A stretch of DNA of 64,000 nt. Origin: Nitrososphaera sp. GTDB lineage: Archaea > Thermoproteota > Nitrososphaeria > Nitrososphaerales > Nitrososphaeraceae. Below are positions 27,637 to 37,566 of this stretch, piece by piece. Each line of letters opens with the position of its first letter. Within the stretch, counting starts at the first letter, position 1. Under the pieces are notes generated by a model, which saw nothing but the letters and a program-made list of their open reading frames with translations, was not told the DNA's origin and ran no database searches. The position numbers and the translations under genes were made by a program. The DNA lies in assembly GCA_025449675.1 (NCBI GenBank), contig JANWIX010000074.1, positions 29,926 to 93,925 of the forward strand, written 5' to 3'.

Positions 27637-28893
27637 CTAGGTGTCCTGCTTGCGTCTTTCTCTGTATCTGAACTTGTCCAGCTTTATCAACTCTTGATAC
27701 GAACCAAACTGCGATGACTCTACGACATCGAGTGCAGATTCCTGTTCGTCGTCTTCAGAGTCGAACCTTTTGATCAGCTTGTAAGATGTAGACCGCTGGG
27801 CAGGAATTCTGCCGGCAGATCTAATCAATTTCCTGATCTCTCTTGGCCGCATGAGCTGGCCGTGCTGTGATCCTGCGGCAGTCGAGATGCTTTCGTTTAT
27901 GAGCGTGCCCCCAAAATCGTTTGCTCCCGCGCCAAGGAGCAGCTGCGACATCCTCGGGCCTTCCTTTACCCACGAGACTTGGATGTTGGGGATGTGGTTG
28001 TTTAGCATTATTCTGGCGATGGCGTGCATCTTCATCACATCGTTTCCGTCCGGCCCGGCTTGGATGTTCTTTACCGTGCCATGATTGTACATCGGAGCTT
28101 CTGTATGGACAAAGCTCAGCGGGACGAACTCTGTAAAGCCATGGGTTTCCTTCTGGATCTCGCGCAGGAGCTGGAGATGCTCAGCCCTGTGGCGTGCGTT
28201 CTCTACGTGCCCGTACATTATCGTAGATGTCGTGGGTATTCCGGCAGAGTGAGCCTGCTTGATTATCCTCACCCAATCTTGGACAGAGATTCTTCCCGGA
28301 GATATCGTGTCGCGCATATCCTGATCCAGAATTTCGGCGGCCGTTCCCGGCAGGCTGCCGACCCCGGCCTCCTTTAGCATTTTCAGGTATTGCTCTGTAG
28401 ATGTCCCAGATCTGACAGCGCCGTAGAGAACTTCTTCAGGGGAGAATGCGTGGATGTGCATGTTCGGCAGGTCTTTCTTGACTGCCCTGCAGAGATCGAC
28501 GTACAGGTTGCCGTCCATCTTTGGCGGAAGGCCTGCCTGAATGCAGACTTCTGTGGCGCCAAGTCCCGCGGCCTCCTTTGCCCTCCTCACTATCTCTTCG
28601 GTGGGCAAAAAGTAGCCTTCTTCTTCGCGAAAGTCCCGGCTAAAGGCGCAAAAGCCGCACTGCTTTATGCAGACGTTTGTGAAATTGATGTTCCTGTTAA
28701 TCACATAAGTGACCAGGTCTCCGACCGCCCTCTTGCGAAGCTCGTCTGCCACGGTGATCAAGAGGTTCATTTCAAGTCCGGTGCAGCCAAACAGTTCCAC
28801 AGCCTCGTCAGCCGAAATATCCTTGCCGCTCAGTGCCCTGTCAAGCGCGGAAGCGACAACCGGCTCGGCGCTACGTAGAAGCGATTCGATCAT
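27637..28893 (-). CDS. cofH: FO synthase subunit 2 (radical SAM)
   Basis: NINFTNVCIKQCGFCAF, SLPGTAAEIL, GANDFGGTL. Confidence 0.93.
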   Translation of the reverse strand: MIESLLRSAEPVVASALDRALSGKDISADEAVELFGCTGLEMNLLITVADELRKRAVGDLVTYVINRNINFTNVCIKQCGFCAFSRDFREEEGYFLPTEEIVRRAKEAAGLGATEVCIQAGLPPKMDGNLYVDLCRAVKKDLPNMHIHAFSPEEVLYGAVRSGTSTEQYLKMLKEAGVGSLPGTAAEILDQDMRDTISPGRISVQDWVRIIKQAHSAGIPTTSTIMYGHVENARHRAEHLQLLREIQKETHGFTEFVPLSFVHTEAPMYNHGTVKNIQAGPDGNDVMKMHAIARIMLNNHIPNIQVSWVKEGPRMSQLLLGAGANDFGGTLINESISTAAGSQHGQLMRPREIRKLIRSAGRIPAQRSTSYKLIKRFDSEDDEQESALDVVESSQFGSYQELIKLDKFRYRERRKQDT

Positions 28894-30095
28894 CGCAGGT
28901 AGCTCTCCCTGACCAGCCCTGATTCATCGGCGACCAAGTTGATGTAGTTCTGCAGTCGCTCCGATGTAATAAATCCACCTTTCAGGAATTCAGGGTACAC
29001 GGCAAGCCGGGCTCGCAGCTGTTTGCCTCTTTCTTCCGTGACGGCTTTTATTGAACCAATGCTTGGCCACGGGAACTCGGGGTTGACATGGTCAATAGTC
29101 ACAGGAGATATCCCTCCCCAGTCGTTTATTCCCGCATCGATGAATTGTCCAAAGATCTCCGGGCTCAGGTTAGGCGGCACCTGGATATTCATGCCAGCCA
29201 TGACCAGCCTCGATAGCGCCACTGCCCTCAGAAAATAATCAAACGATGCCGCTGGCGCAGAAGACATGCCTGTCTCTGGCTTGGGCGCGAAATTCTGCAT
29301 TATGACTTCCTGGATATGGCCGTATTTCTCATGGATTTTCCTTATGACAAAGAGCGAATCTACCAGCTCTTCGGGAGTTTCGCCTATTCCCACCAGGATG
29401 CCGGTCGTCATCGGGATTCTCAACTCTCCCGCGCTTTCAAGTGTCTTTATTCTTACCTTTGGATTCTTGCTTGGAGCGTCTTCGTGGGGCATTCCCTTTT
29501 CCGTCAGGCGCTCGCTGGATGTCTCCAGCATCACGCCAAGGCTGACATTGGTATCTTGCAGCATGTTCATCTCTTTTTTCGTGAGGCTGCCGGCATTTGT
29601 GTGTGGGAGAAGCCCCGTCTTTTGCAGAACAAGCCTGCTCATCTGATCAATATATTCCACTGTCGACGCGCAGCCATGGGATTGGAGCCAGGTTCTGGCC
29701 TCGGGGTACTTTTGCTCCGGCCTCTCTCCTGTCACAAAGAGCGCTTCTGTGCAGCGCAAGTTCTTGCCTTGTTCTGCTATTGCAAGCACCTGCGAAGGGT
29801 TCAGCATCGAAAGCAGTGGGTCCATCAGCTCCTTCTTGTACGTGCAGTAGGTGCAGGTATCGCGGCAGAGGTTTACCAGGTTAATGAAGACTTTTCTTGA
29901 ATAGGTGATGATTCCGCCGGACTTTATGTTTCCGACCCTGCCTGCGGCTGCTACAAGCATCTCTGTCGAGCAGTCTGCCATCAGCTCGGTAGCCTCCTCC
30001 TGGTTGAGTGGCCCTTCCTCGGCCTTGCTCAGGACATCTATGGCAGAATGCGACAGCAATTCGATGCTTCTTGGTTGGTTTTGACTAATAAACAA
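28890..30095 (-). CDS. cofG: FO synthase subunit 1 (radical SAM)
   Basis: ITYSRKVF..NLCRDTCTYCTY, QVPPNL, GINDWGGISP. Confidence 0.93.
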   Translation of the reverse strand: MFISQNQPRSIELLSHSAIDVLSKAEEGPLNQEEATELMADCSTEMLVAAAGRVGNIKSGGIITYSRKVFINLVNLCRDTCTYCTYKKELMDPLLSMLNPSQVLAIAEQGKNLRCTEALFVTGERPEQKYPEARTWLQSHGCASTVEYIDQMSRLVLQKTGLLPHTNAGSLTKKEMNMLQDTNVSLGVMLETSSERLTEKGMPHEDAPSKNPKVRIKTLESAGELRIPMTTGILVGIGETPEELVDSLFVIRKIHEKYGHIQEVIMQNFAPKPETGMSSAPAASFDYFLRAVALSRLVMAGMNIQVPPNLSPEIFGQFIDAGINDWGGISPVTIDHVNPEFPWPSIGSIKAVTEERGKQLRARLAVYPEFLKGGFITSERLQNYINLVADESGLVRESYLR

Positions 30096-30103
30096 TTTTG
30101 CTA

Positions 30104-31324
30104 CTACGGCGATTCCTGCAGATGTGGTCTGGCGCCCAGCACGGCGATAACGTCCTGGGTCTGCCCGTCCCGCAGGATATTGAGCTCAATGTTGTCACCG
30201 ACGCTCTTTTCTCTCTGTAGGTACACGAGGATATCGTCTATCTTTCTCACCGGCTTGTCGTCAATTCCGATAATGACGTCGCCTCCCAGCTGTATCGGCC
30301 TTCCTTCAATTACAGACTCGCTATCGCCTCCCTGAATCCCCGCACGCTCTGCCGGGCTTCCGGAAACTACGTCAACTACAAGGAATCCGCGGGGCTCGTC
30401 CAGCCCAAGGACCTCGGCCACCCCAGGGGTCATGTCAGTTCCAGACACTCCAAGCCAGGGGTGGTTAAACGATCCTGTGGTGATAAGGGCCGGCACGACT
30501 TCGGCCACAGTGTCTGACGGAACGGCAAAGCCAACCCCGGCGAACTGGCCGGTGGTCGAGAATATGGCCGAGTTTATCCCGATTACTTCGCCCCGCATGT
30601 TGAGCAGGGGGCCTCCGGAGTTACCTGGATTTATCGGAGCATCGGTCTGTATTACGTCTGGTATCGAAAAGGAACCTTCCTCCTGGGACGGTATGAGCCT
30701 CCCCAGGCCGCTGACAATTCCTGCAGTCATGGAGCCAGAGAGCCCGAACGGGTTTCCAATGGCTGCGACTTGCTCGCCGATCCTTATCTTTGACGAATCC
30801 GCAAGCGGCAGAGGTAGCAGCTTGTCCGCCGGCACCTCCTCAACATACAGAACCGCAAGGTCTGTGAAAGGATCGGAGCCTATAAGCCTGGCCCTGTAGA
30901 CGGTGCCATCCAGAAAGGTAACGTCGAGCCTGCCGCCTCCGTTGACCACATGGTAGTTCGTGATGATGTGGCCGTTGTTGTCATAAACAAATCCAGAACC
31001 CAAGCGTGAATCAGCGTTTGCTTCGTCGCTGTCTGTGATCTGCACGACTGACTTTTCCGCGCTGGTGAACAGCTCCGGCAGTGTCAGCTCCTTGTCAGAG
31101 GCTTCGACTGTGCTTATCTGTCCCACCGTCAAAGCATCCTTGCTAATGTTGTCCCTGTCAAGTCCGGTATTGTTTCCGGGCCGGACGCCGTCGTTGGTAA
31201 ATGGCAGCCCGATGTTGAAATCGCCGAGATCATTGAACTGGGAATACACAAAGAAAATACCGACTCCGGCAATAACAATGGAAACTGCGAGTAGGGCCTT
31301 GTTCAAAGATGGAATAATTATCAC
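30104..31324 (-). CDS. htrA: HtrA/DegP-like serine protease with PDZ domain
   Basis: GSGF, TNYHVV, QTDAPINPGNSGGPL, PDZ. Confidence 0.93.
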   Translation of the reverse strand: MIIIPSLNKALLAVSIVIAGVGIFFVYSQFNDLGDFNIGLPFTNDGVRPGNNTGLDRDNISKDALTVGQISTVEASDKELTLPELFTSAEKSVVQITDSDEANADSRLGSGFVYDNNGHIITNYHVVNGGGRLDVTFLDGTVYRARLIGSDPFTDLAVLYVEEVPADKLLPLPLADSSKIRIGEQVAAIGNPFGLSGSMTAGIVSGLGRLIPSQEEGSFSIPDVIQTDAPINPGNSGGPLLNMRGEVIGINSAIFSTTGQFAGVGFAVPSDTVAEVVPALITTGSFNHPWLGVSGTDMTPGVAEVLGLDEPRGFLVVDVVSGSPAERAGIQGGDSESVIEGRPIQLGGDVIIGIDDKPVRKIDDILVYLQREKSVGDNIELNILRDGQTQDVIAVLGARPHLQESP

Positions 31325-31361
31325 GCATTCTTCTAATAATCCTTTTCCCGCCGGCCAGGGT

Positions 31362-32570
31362 TCAGTATATCGGATGCTGGCTCTCGCTTACGGTATAGCT
31401 CCTGTCCCGCCAGCTGACGCTGCCGCCCTTTCCTGCATCGATGATGGCCGACGCAAAGCCAAGCGAGACTACTGCCCCGCTTATTGGAGCGGCAAGTGCA
31501 TATGCAGGGTTTTCAGACACTCCCAGCGAGCACTGGACGGCAGTAGACATCATTACCAGGCATACTGTCGCGATCTGGATTGCAAGAAGAATATCAGTCG
31601 AAAAGTCACCTGCCAGAGGGCCGACAAATATCGAGTATGGCAGCATCGCAAAGGGCACAAAGAGGATAAAGAACACCGCCAGCACCATGAGAAAGGCGCC
31701 CGATTTGTCTTGATGATATACCGGGATCATTAGACGGCGAAGCCCCTGCCATAGAGTTGCAAGGTCCCGCGCCCATACCGCGTCTATGTGTCGCTCTCCT
31801 CTTACCATCTTCATCCGGAATTTCGCCTCCTTGACCTTGCCTCCCAGGGCGCCATCTTCGACCAGCTCGTGCCTTACGCCCTTGTGTGTGCCGACTGCTT
31901 CGTATGTATTTCTCGTAATTATGAAAAAGCTGCCAAAGAAATATCCTGTCTTTACATTCGGATCGTTGACACGGAGCGGGGAAAATCGCGTATGCAGAAA
32001 GGTGGCTAGGGCTGGCAGGGTTATCTTTGTCCAAAAGTCGTTGCATATGAGGTGCGGGACCGCGGTGAGGGCATCCAGGTTGAACGAAAGGAGGTGCGCA
32101 ACTGCAAGGGAAATGACAGAGGGCTTGTGCTCAGTGTCTGCATCGGTGAACATTAACAGGTCTCCTTCCGCCCGCAGGTATCCCTGGTAGCATGCCCAGT
32201 TCTTGCCCACCCAGTCATCCGGCTTTGGAGGCGCGGTGACACAGACTACGCGTGAGTCCCGGGTGGAGTAGGACTGCATTATTTCGCCCGTCCTGTCCGA
32301 TGAAGAATCATCGATGGCTATTATCTGGAAATTCTTGTAGTCCTGCGCGAGCAGGCTGTCGAGACATCGCGCTATGTATCGCTCTTCGTTTCTGGCCGGC
32401 AGAATTACGCTGACCTTTGGAAAGCTCTTTGCACTCGAAGGAAATATTTCAAGTCTTGGCGCCTGCCGAAACGACTTGATCATGTAAATGAGAAAATAGG
32501 CCCAGAGTCCAAAGATCCCGTCCAGGATCGTGGAAAGCACAAGATTCATAATTGTAATGGCAAGTTCCAT
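31362..32570 (-). CDS. membrane GT2 glycosyltransferase
   Basis: VSVILPARNEE, DDSSSD, GKNWAC, FTDAD, VED. Confidence 0.9.
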   Translation of the reverse strand: MELAITIMNLVLSTILDGIFGLWAYFLIYMIKSFRQAPRLEIFPSSAKSFPKVSVILPARNEERYIARCLDSLLAQDYKNFQIIAIDDSSSDRTGEIMQSYSTRDSRVVCVTAPPKPDDWVGKNWACYQGYLRAEGDLLMFTDADTEHKPSVISLAVAHLLSFNLDALTAVPHLICNDFWTKITLPALATFLHTRFSPLRVNDPNVKTGYFFGSFFIITRNTYEAVGTHKGVRHELVEDGALGGKVKEAKFRMKMVRGERHIDAVWARDLATLWQGLRRLMIPVYHQDKSGAFLMVLAVFFILFVPFAMLPYSIFVGPLAGDFSTDILLAIQIATVCLVMMSTAVQCSLGVSENPAYALAAPISGAVVSLGFASAIIDAGKGGSVSWRDRSYTVSESQHPIY

Positions 32571-32599
32571 TGCCGGTAATCTGCCGGCTGGGAGGCTAT

Positions 32600-33013
32600 T
32601 TATTCCACCGCTTTTGCGATTCTTTCCAGCGCTTCATCGGTGCCTTCGGAAATGTGCTTCCTTACCATACCACCAAACATTCCCAGAAAGCCGGCCAGCT
32701 TGATGTCCCATGCGACGCGGATTCTTGTCTTTTCTCCTTCTGGTTCAAGCAAGATTTTCTTGGTTCCCTTCATCGGGCCGTCCGTTATCGTGATATCGAT
32801 GGACTGCTTTGGATTGATGACGACAGTCTGCCGGCAGCGTGAATCCCTGAATGCGATGGTCACCTCCCTTTCGATCACGTTTCCGCTCCTGCTGATATTT
32901 TTCACAGTCTTTGTTCCGTGCCAGTATTTGGGCTCGTTGTCGACATCTGCCACGACTTCCCATACGCGTTCCAGCGGAGCCGACAGTTCCCTAGACGCAT
33001 TTATGGTCACCAT
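32600..33013 (-). CDS. SRPBCC (polyketide cyclase-like) protein
   Basis: SAPLERVWEVVADVDNEPKYW. Confidence 0.85.
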   Translation of the reverse strand: MVTINASRELSAPLERVWEVVADVDNEPKYWHGTKTVKNISRSGNVIEREVTIAFRDSRCRQTVVINPKQSIDITITDGPMKGTKKILLEPEGEKTRIRVAWDIKLAGFLGMFGGMVRKHISEGTDEALERIAKAVE

Positions 33014-33131
33014 GAGCTTAATTCTGGTACCCATTGCTGCGGATATATGCGATTGCTCTGAACCTGCATCCTGACGTGTTATGGGACTCTGCGTACGAGT
33101 CCACATTTTTTCCAGCTGTCAGCCGTGGTGC

Positions 33132-33866
33132 CTAGGCAACCCTAATCCTGGCTGTCTCGTGCGGCTTGAGTCTATCCCAGAAGGCTCCCAAAATCAATCC
33201 GAGCATAGCCCAGAATAGGCTCATAGTGAACGCGCTGGCAACCCTAAAGGTATTGACCAAATCCATAGGTGCGGTTATCTCGTCAGGGTTTGGTGGCATT
33301 CCAACGAATGCAGCAATCATTATGGCAGCATAAACACCAGGAACTAGAATCTTCTTCGATTGCATTGAACCCATTTTTCTGTATACGAACGCCAGTCCTA
33401 GAGCCGAAAAGCCCGAGACTGCCAGAAATGCGATGTAAAGGGTCTGTCTGTAGTAGATCGTTTCTGGGTCGCCCACTGCTGGCGGATTTGCTGGATACTT
33501 TAGAGCTGGAATCAGGAATAGCACGAGCCACATGATGCCTGCAACAATCAAGGCTTTCTTCTTGTTATTTGACCCGGGGATTGACGGTCTAGCGTAGGCA
33601 AACACGATTCCAAACAGCGAACCTAGAGACATGCCGAGGATAGTTCCCGCCGCTATCTCTCCTCCTTTCTGCCATATCCTATAGTTAGCATATTCTGTCG
33701 GATCGAATAATTCGCCTGCAGCAATTGCATTTTGGTTCTCAATGTCTATAGCTGCATCAATGTACGGCTCTACAATCCCTTGATTGATAGTTGCCAGAAT
33801 TGCGCCTGCAATCGCGCCCGCAAGTAGCGTTATCGCAATGAAGGTCAGAGTTTTCAATTCAGTCAC
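33132..33866 (-). CDS. cbtA: cobalt transporter subunit CbtA-like
   Basis: EPYIDAAIDIE, PALKYPANPPAVGDPETIYYRQ. Confidence 0.88.
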   Translation of the reverse strand: MTELKTLTFIAITLLAGAIAGAILATINQGIVEPYIDAAIDIENQNAIAAGELFDPTEYANYRIWQKGGEIAAGTILGMSLGSLFGIVFAYARPSIPGSNNKKKALIVAGIMWLVLFLIPALKYPANPPAVGDPETIYYRQTLYIAFLAVSGFSALGLAFVYRKMGSMQSKKILVPGVYAAIMIAAFVGMPPNPDEITAPMDLVNTFRVASAFTMSLFWAMLGLILGAFWDRLKPHETARIRVA

Positions 33867-34088
33867 CTAATGGCAGGGAAATCCCGCTGCATGTCTCATG
33901 TCGTGATAGAATTCGTGCATCCACATATCCTCGTAAGCTGGTTCACCTTGTGCCATGCTGAATAGGTGCCCTTGGTCATACCCGACCATGAAGATACCAA
34001 AGAGCATGATGCCGAGCAGAACGCCGACAGCCACTTTTGGTACGCTAGTCACAGCTTTTGTAAGCTGCTTCTTTATGCCTGTTGACAT
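33867..34088 (-). CDS. cbtB: cobalt transporter subunit CbtB-like
   Basis: TM + HEFYHDMRHAAGFPCH. Confidence 0.9.
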   Translation of the reverse strand: MSTGIKKQLTKAVTSVPKVAVGVLLGIMLFGIFMVGYDQGHLFSMAQGEPAYEDMWMHEFYHDMRHAAGFPCH

Positions 34089-34117
34089 GAAAATCAAAGC
34101 CGGGAAGCTCATATTTA

Positions 34118-34146
34118 AAAGAGTAGGGCGGTTTATCCAACTTTTT
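34118..34146. promoter_or_regulatory. imperfect inverted repeat (putative operator) between cbtB and regulator
   Basis: AAAGAGTAGG-N9-CCAACTTTTT (8/10 symmetric), abutting TTTAAATA. Confidence 0.4.
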
Positions 34147-34183
34147 GACAATCAATAAATGCGCGTTCAGGTTCTTGTTTCCC

Positions 34184-34828
34184 ATGCACATGTACATCAG
34201 GGCGCTGGAGAAAGTCGCGAGCAGGTATGCTCCAAGCAGGGCGCTCTCTTTTGATGTCGTGCACGTTTTCATGGCTATGCAATTGATACAGAAACGCGGC
34301 AAGGCCAGCCGCGAAAGCTTGCGCGCTTCTCTGATGCTTGGAGAAGGCACCATAAAGACGCTGGTCAAGCACATGAGGATGCATGGGCTGATAGAAACTT
34401 CCAATGGCGGCACTCGGATGACTGCAAAAGGAAGGGGCATATGCGCTGAAATTCTTGCGTCAATGCCTGCAGAGATGAGCCTGCCTGAATGCTCCATCGC
34501 TCTGGGCAAGTTCAACTATGCGATATTGCTAAAAGAGCTCGGCTATGCGATCAGGTCTGGCATCGAGCAAAGGGACGCAGCGATAGCACAGGGGGCGACT
34601 GGGGCGACCACCATCGTATTCAGGGATAGCAAGTTTATCATGCCCGCCACGAATCATGATTCGCTAAGAAAGGACCGCCACGTTCGTAACCTTCTCATGG
34701 AAGGGATGAAGCCAGAAGAAGAGGATGTCATAATAGTCGGGAGCGCGGACAGCAACGAAAAAACGGCCGAGCTGGCCGCCAAAAACGCGGCTCTGTTGAC
34801 AATAATCAGCCATGAGAAGCATCGATGA
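34184..34828 (+). CDS. wHTH transcription regulator (DUF4443-like)
   Basis: SRESLRASLMLGEGTIKTL...MTAKG; GIEQRDAAIAQGATGATT. Confidence 0.8.
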   Translation: MHMYIRALEKVASRYAPSRALSFDVVHVFMAMQLIQKRGKASRESLRASLMLGEGTIKTLVKHMRMHGLIETSNGGTRMTAKGRGICAEILASMPAEMSLPECSIALGKFNYAILLKELGYAIRSGIEQRDAAIAQGATGATTIVFRDSKFIMPATNHDSLRKDRHVRNLLMEGMKPEEEDVIIVGSADSNEKTAELAAKNAALLTIISHEKHR

Positions 34829-35015
34829 CTTCGGTTCTTGTTCCGTCCTTGTGATACCTGTAGACCTTGCCCGCAGCCTCGTCGGCAGTCTTTTTGTGCG
34901 ACCCGTCACAGAACGGCTGGTTATTACTCAGTCCGCACATGCATATCCATTTGGTTTCACTGCCGACTTTGACTGCCATAGGAGCCTGAGCTTCCTTCTT
35001 CACTAGTCTTGCCAC
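34806..35015 (-). CDS. CDGSH iron-sulfur domain protein
   Basis: CMCGLSNNQPFCDGSH. Confidence 0.92.
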   Translation of the reverse strand: MARLVKKEAQAPMAVKVGSETKWICMCGLSNNQPFCDGSHKKTADEAAGKVYRYHKDGTRTEVIDASHG

Positions 35016-35110
35016 GCCAGCAAGTACGTCAAGCCATTAGATAAGCATGGCAGTAATTCCCAGCTAACTTGGTTTTCGCGGAATGACTGCCATTGATCAG
35101 CGATTGGGAA

Positions 35111-35227
35111 CTACTTTTCGACGATCTCTCGGAAGCACCTGGCACAGTACTTTTCATCGGCCCAGTTGTAGCTTCCGCACTTGCCGCATTTCTTCTGGCT
35201 TTGCTTGAACATTTCCGCGATGCCCAT
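35111..35227 (-). CDS. zinc-ribbon microprotein
   Basis: Manual: MGIAEMFKQSQKKCGKCGSYNWADEKYCARCFREIVEK*. Confidence 0.65.
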   Translation of the reverse strand: MGIAEMFKQSQKKCGKCGSYNWADEKYCARCFREIVEK

Positions 35228-35354
35228 GTTGCTGTCTGCTTGTCCCCGCTCTAATAATCATAAAGGACGAATAATACATCACGTTTAATTCCATGCCTGG
35301 GACCGGGAAGCTATTCCTCGTTCAAGTGAATGTTTACTCGCTTTAGGAACCACG

Positions 35355-36182
35355 TCACTTGTTCTGCTCTTGCCAGACCCTGACTGCTCTGGAACGGTTA
35401 AAGACAAAGAGCCTGTCGTGGCAGTAAAGCGCGCCGGCCATAAGCAGATACCCCGCCAAATATAGAATACTGAATCCCCATATCTCTGAATCAGGTGATG
35501 TGGCCGAAATATAGCCAAATACGCTGTCAGCGGCCGCGATTATCAGGATCGAAGCGGCAAGCAGAACCCACGGTATTGAGCCGAGCTTTCCTTTCCGCAG
35601 TATTGAAAACATCATGATTGCGGGCACTATGAGGGCGGCGTCCAGGGCAGGATATGCCACGTTCACAAACAATGCGGGAATATCATCTACGAGTAACGAT
35701 GAGCTGAGTATGGTGATAGGAACCATAGAGCCGAAAATCCCAGCTGTCGTAGCCAAAACCACGAACAGAGTATGCGGCCTCGCAGACTTTACAAAGAACC
35801 TGTATGTAACGAACAGATGGTATCCAAAGGGCACGTAACCGAGAAGCCATAGCGCATCGGCTATGGAAGGAAATGGAACTTCTTCTTCCGACCCGATTTC
35901 GTAATAGGTCTGCACCACTTCGGCAGCAAACCAGAGCGAAAGGCCGATGGCAAAGGCAGCGTAGGTCTTTCCATGGAGGCCACCGAGTTTTTGCCTGTAA
36001 AGGATCAATAATGCAAAGAAAAGAGCGGCAGCGGCTGCGGCATTTATTGAAAGGTCAGACAGTATGAGTGTGGCGTACTGGTCTTCAAAAACTGCAATGT
36101 ATGCCAGCCCGTAAATCCCTACAAGCGTCGCGATTGTGATTACGACATTTCGAAAGAATGATGTCGGATGAGTGGCTGACAT
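35355..36182 (-). CDS. multi-TM membrane protein (sensor-like)
   Basis: 7-8 TM; PFPSIADALWLLGYVP, NVAYPALD motifs seen in membrane sensor domains. Confidence 0.7.
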   Translation of the reverse strand: MSATHPTSFFRNVVITIATLVGIYGLAYIAVFEDQYATLILSDLSINAAAAAALFFALLILYRQKLGGLHGKTYAAFAIGLSLWFAAEVVQTYYEIGSEEEVPFPSIADALWLLGYVPFGYHLFVTYRFFVKSARPHTLFVVLATTAGIFGSMVPITILSSSLLVDDIPALFVNVAYPALDAALIVPAIMMFSILRKGKLGSIPWVLLAASILIIAAADSVFGYISATSPDSEIWGFSILYLAGYLLMAGALYCHDRLFVFNRSRAVRVWQEQNK

Positions 36183-36237
36183 GTTTTCTCGATGATGAGA
36201 GCTACTTGAATCGTCTTTTCTGCTATGCTCGAACAAA

Positions 36238-36585
36238 CTATGTCATGACCTTCAGAGCGAGAATTCTCTGAATCCTATCGATTGGAGGGATTTCCGCGTT
36301 GTCTATTTCGACAAGGTGTTCCTGATGGCGAGCGTGTAGTTCTACTTGTTCTCTGAACTGGCGGTAGATTTCTTCCATGAAGACGTTGGCTCCGTCGCCA
36401 AAGATTTTTCTCAGTTCGATGTCGAATTTCCTGATGTCAAATTCTTCAGGATTGGTCGCGACTCCCTGTGAACCGAGTTCCCAAAATAGGGCCTGCATGG
36501 TCGGCTCGCCTAGCGAAGAAAGAACCCTGCTGGTAATTTCTGCCAATTCTCTCACCACCGTCATCACGTCATAAAGGCCGGACAT
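36238..36585 (-). CDS. hypothetical protein (thaumarchaeal output-domain/DUF3227-like)
   Basis: LSSLGEP...LRKIFGDGANVFMEEI. Confidence 0.6.
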   Translation of the reverse strand: MSGLYDVMTVVRELAEITSRVLSSLGEPTMQALFWELGSQGVATNPEEFDIRKFDIELRKIFGDGANVFMEEIYRQFREQVELHARHQEHLVEIDNAEIPPIDRIQRILALKVMT

Positions 36586-36654
36586 ATTTTATAGTTGTCT
36601 GGTTGTATTGAGAGCTACATACTAGGCGTTAAAGTTCACTCACTGCAATAATCC

Positions 36655-36972
36655 GTGAGATTGGAATCGGCCAGAATTAACTCCAGATTTATCGGCATTA
36701 CTATATGCTCTTTTGCGCTGGCAGGCCTGGTGGCACCGCTTCAAATGCCGGCGGAGGCCAGCGGATACCCTGCACCGGGAACAAAGATAAAGTCGGATCA
36801 TTTCCGCATTGCACCACCTACTGACGGCGACTGTCCAAAGACGACAAAGCACTTGGGCGGAACAGGAACCGACACAGGCTGCAAGCCCGATTCTGACAAG
36901 GTAAAGAATTTCATCGATCTGGATAGAAAGGGACACAAAGTCGTAAAGAAATCCAAGGGTCGTGGAAGATAG
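36655..36972 (+). CDS. hypothetical secreted protein
   Basis: Signal-peptide-like N-terminus, two Cys, basic tail. Confidence 0.35.
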   Translation: MRLESARINSRFIGITICSFALAGLVAPLQMPAEASGYPAPGTKIKSDHFRIAPPTDGDCPKTTKHLGGTGTDTGCKPDSDKVKNFIDLDRKGHKVVKKSKGRGR

Positions 36973-36984
36973 AGCTGATCTAGA

Positions 36985-37464
36985 ATGAGTGAAATACTTT
37001 TGAATAATGGTTCGTTCCGAAAGCATTTCCCCCAGATCAAAGGCAACCGCGGTAGAATAGAGATCATGGGAGACATACTCTCTGTGTGCATTGCAGGGAA
37101 CATCAAAAAGACGCACATCATGTACAGGGGCAACCTGAGCCATGACATGCTAAAGGCATACACCGACGAGCTGCGAAAGAGAGGACTTGTGGAATTTGTG
37201 GATGGAGGCGGCAAATTCAGGACGACAGAGAAGGGTAAAGAGTTCCTCTATCACTATGAACAAATAAAAGAGCTTCTGGCCAGCGGTATAGCCGAATCGA
37301 GCGAGGCTGAAGCGGATAACATGCCTGCCGGAAGCAAACTCTTGTCCCTGGGTATGAACCAGGATTTCCTGAGGAAAGTAAAGATATCTGCTGATCAGGC
37401 TAGGGATATGATCAAGGGTATCCTGTATCTGAAAGAAAGGTACAGGGACGGCAACGCCAGCTGA
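36985..37464 (+). CDS. winged-helix regulator (HTH_45/DUF4364-like)
   Basis: RGRIEIMGDIL...KTHIMYRGNLS...TTEKGKEFL. Confidence 0.88.
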   Translation: MSEILLNNGSFRKHFPQIKGNRGRIEIMGDILSVCIAGNIKKTHIMYRGNLSHDMLKAYTDELRKRGLVEFVDGGGKFRTTEKGKEFLYHYEQIKELLASGIAESSEAEADNMPAGSKLLSLGMNQDFLRKVKISADQARDMIKGILYLKERYRDGNAS

Positions 37465-37566
37465 AATATCGGTGGCGTTTCTTCCATGAAATCAAGTTCG
37501 CCATAGAAGAAAGGAGAGCTAATCTTTTTACCGTCGCCTTAATTCGATATCAGGTAGCTGGTAGTC

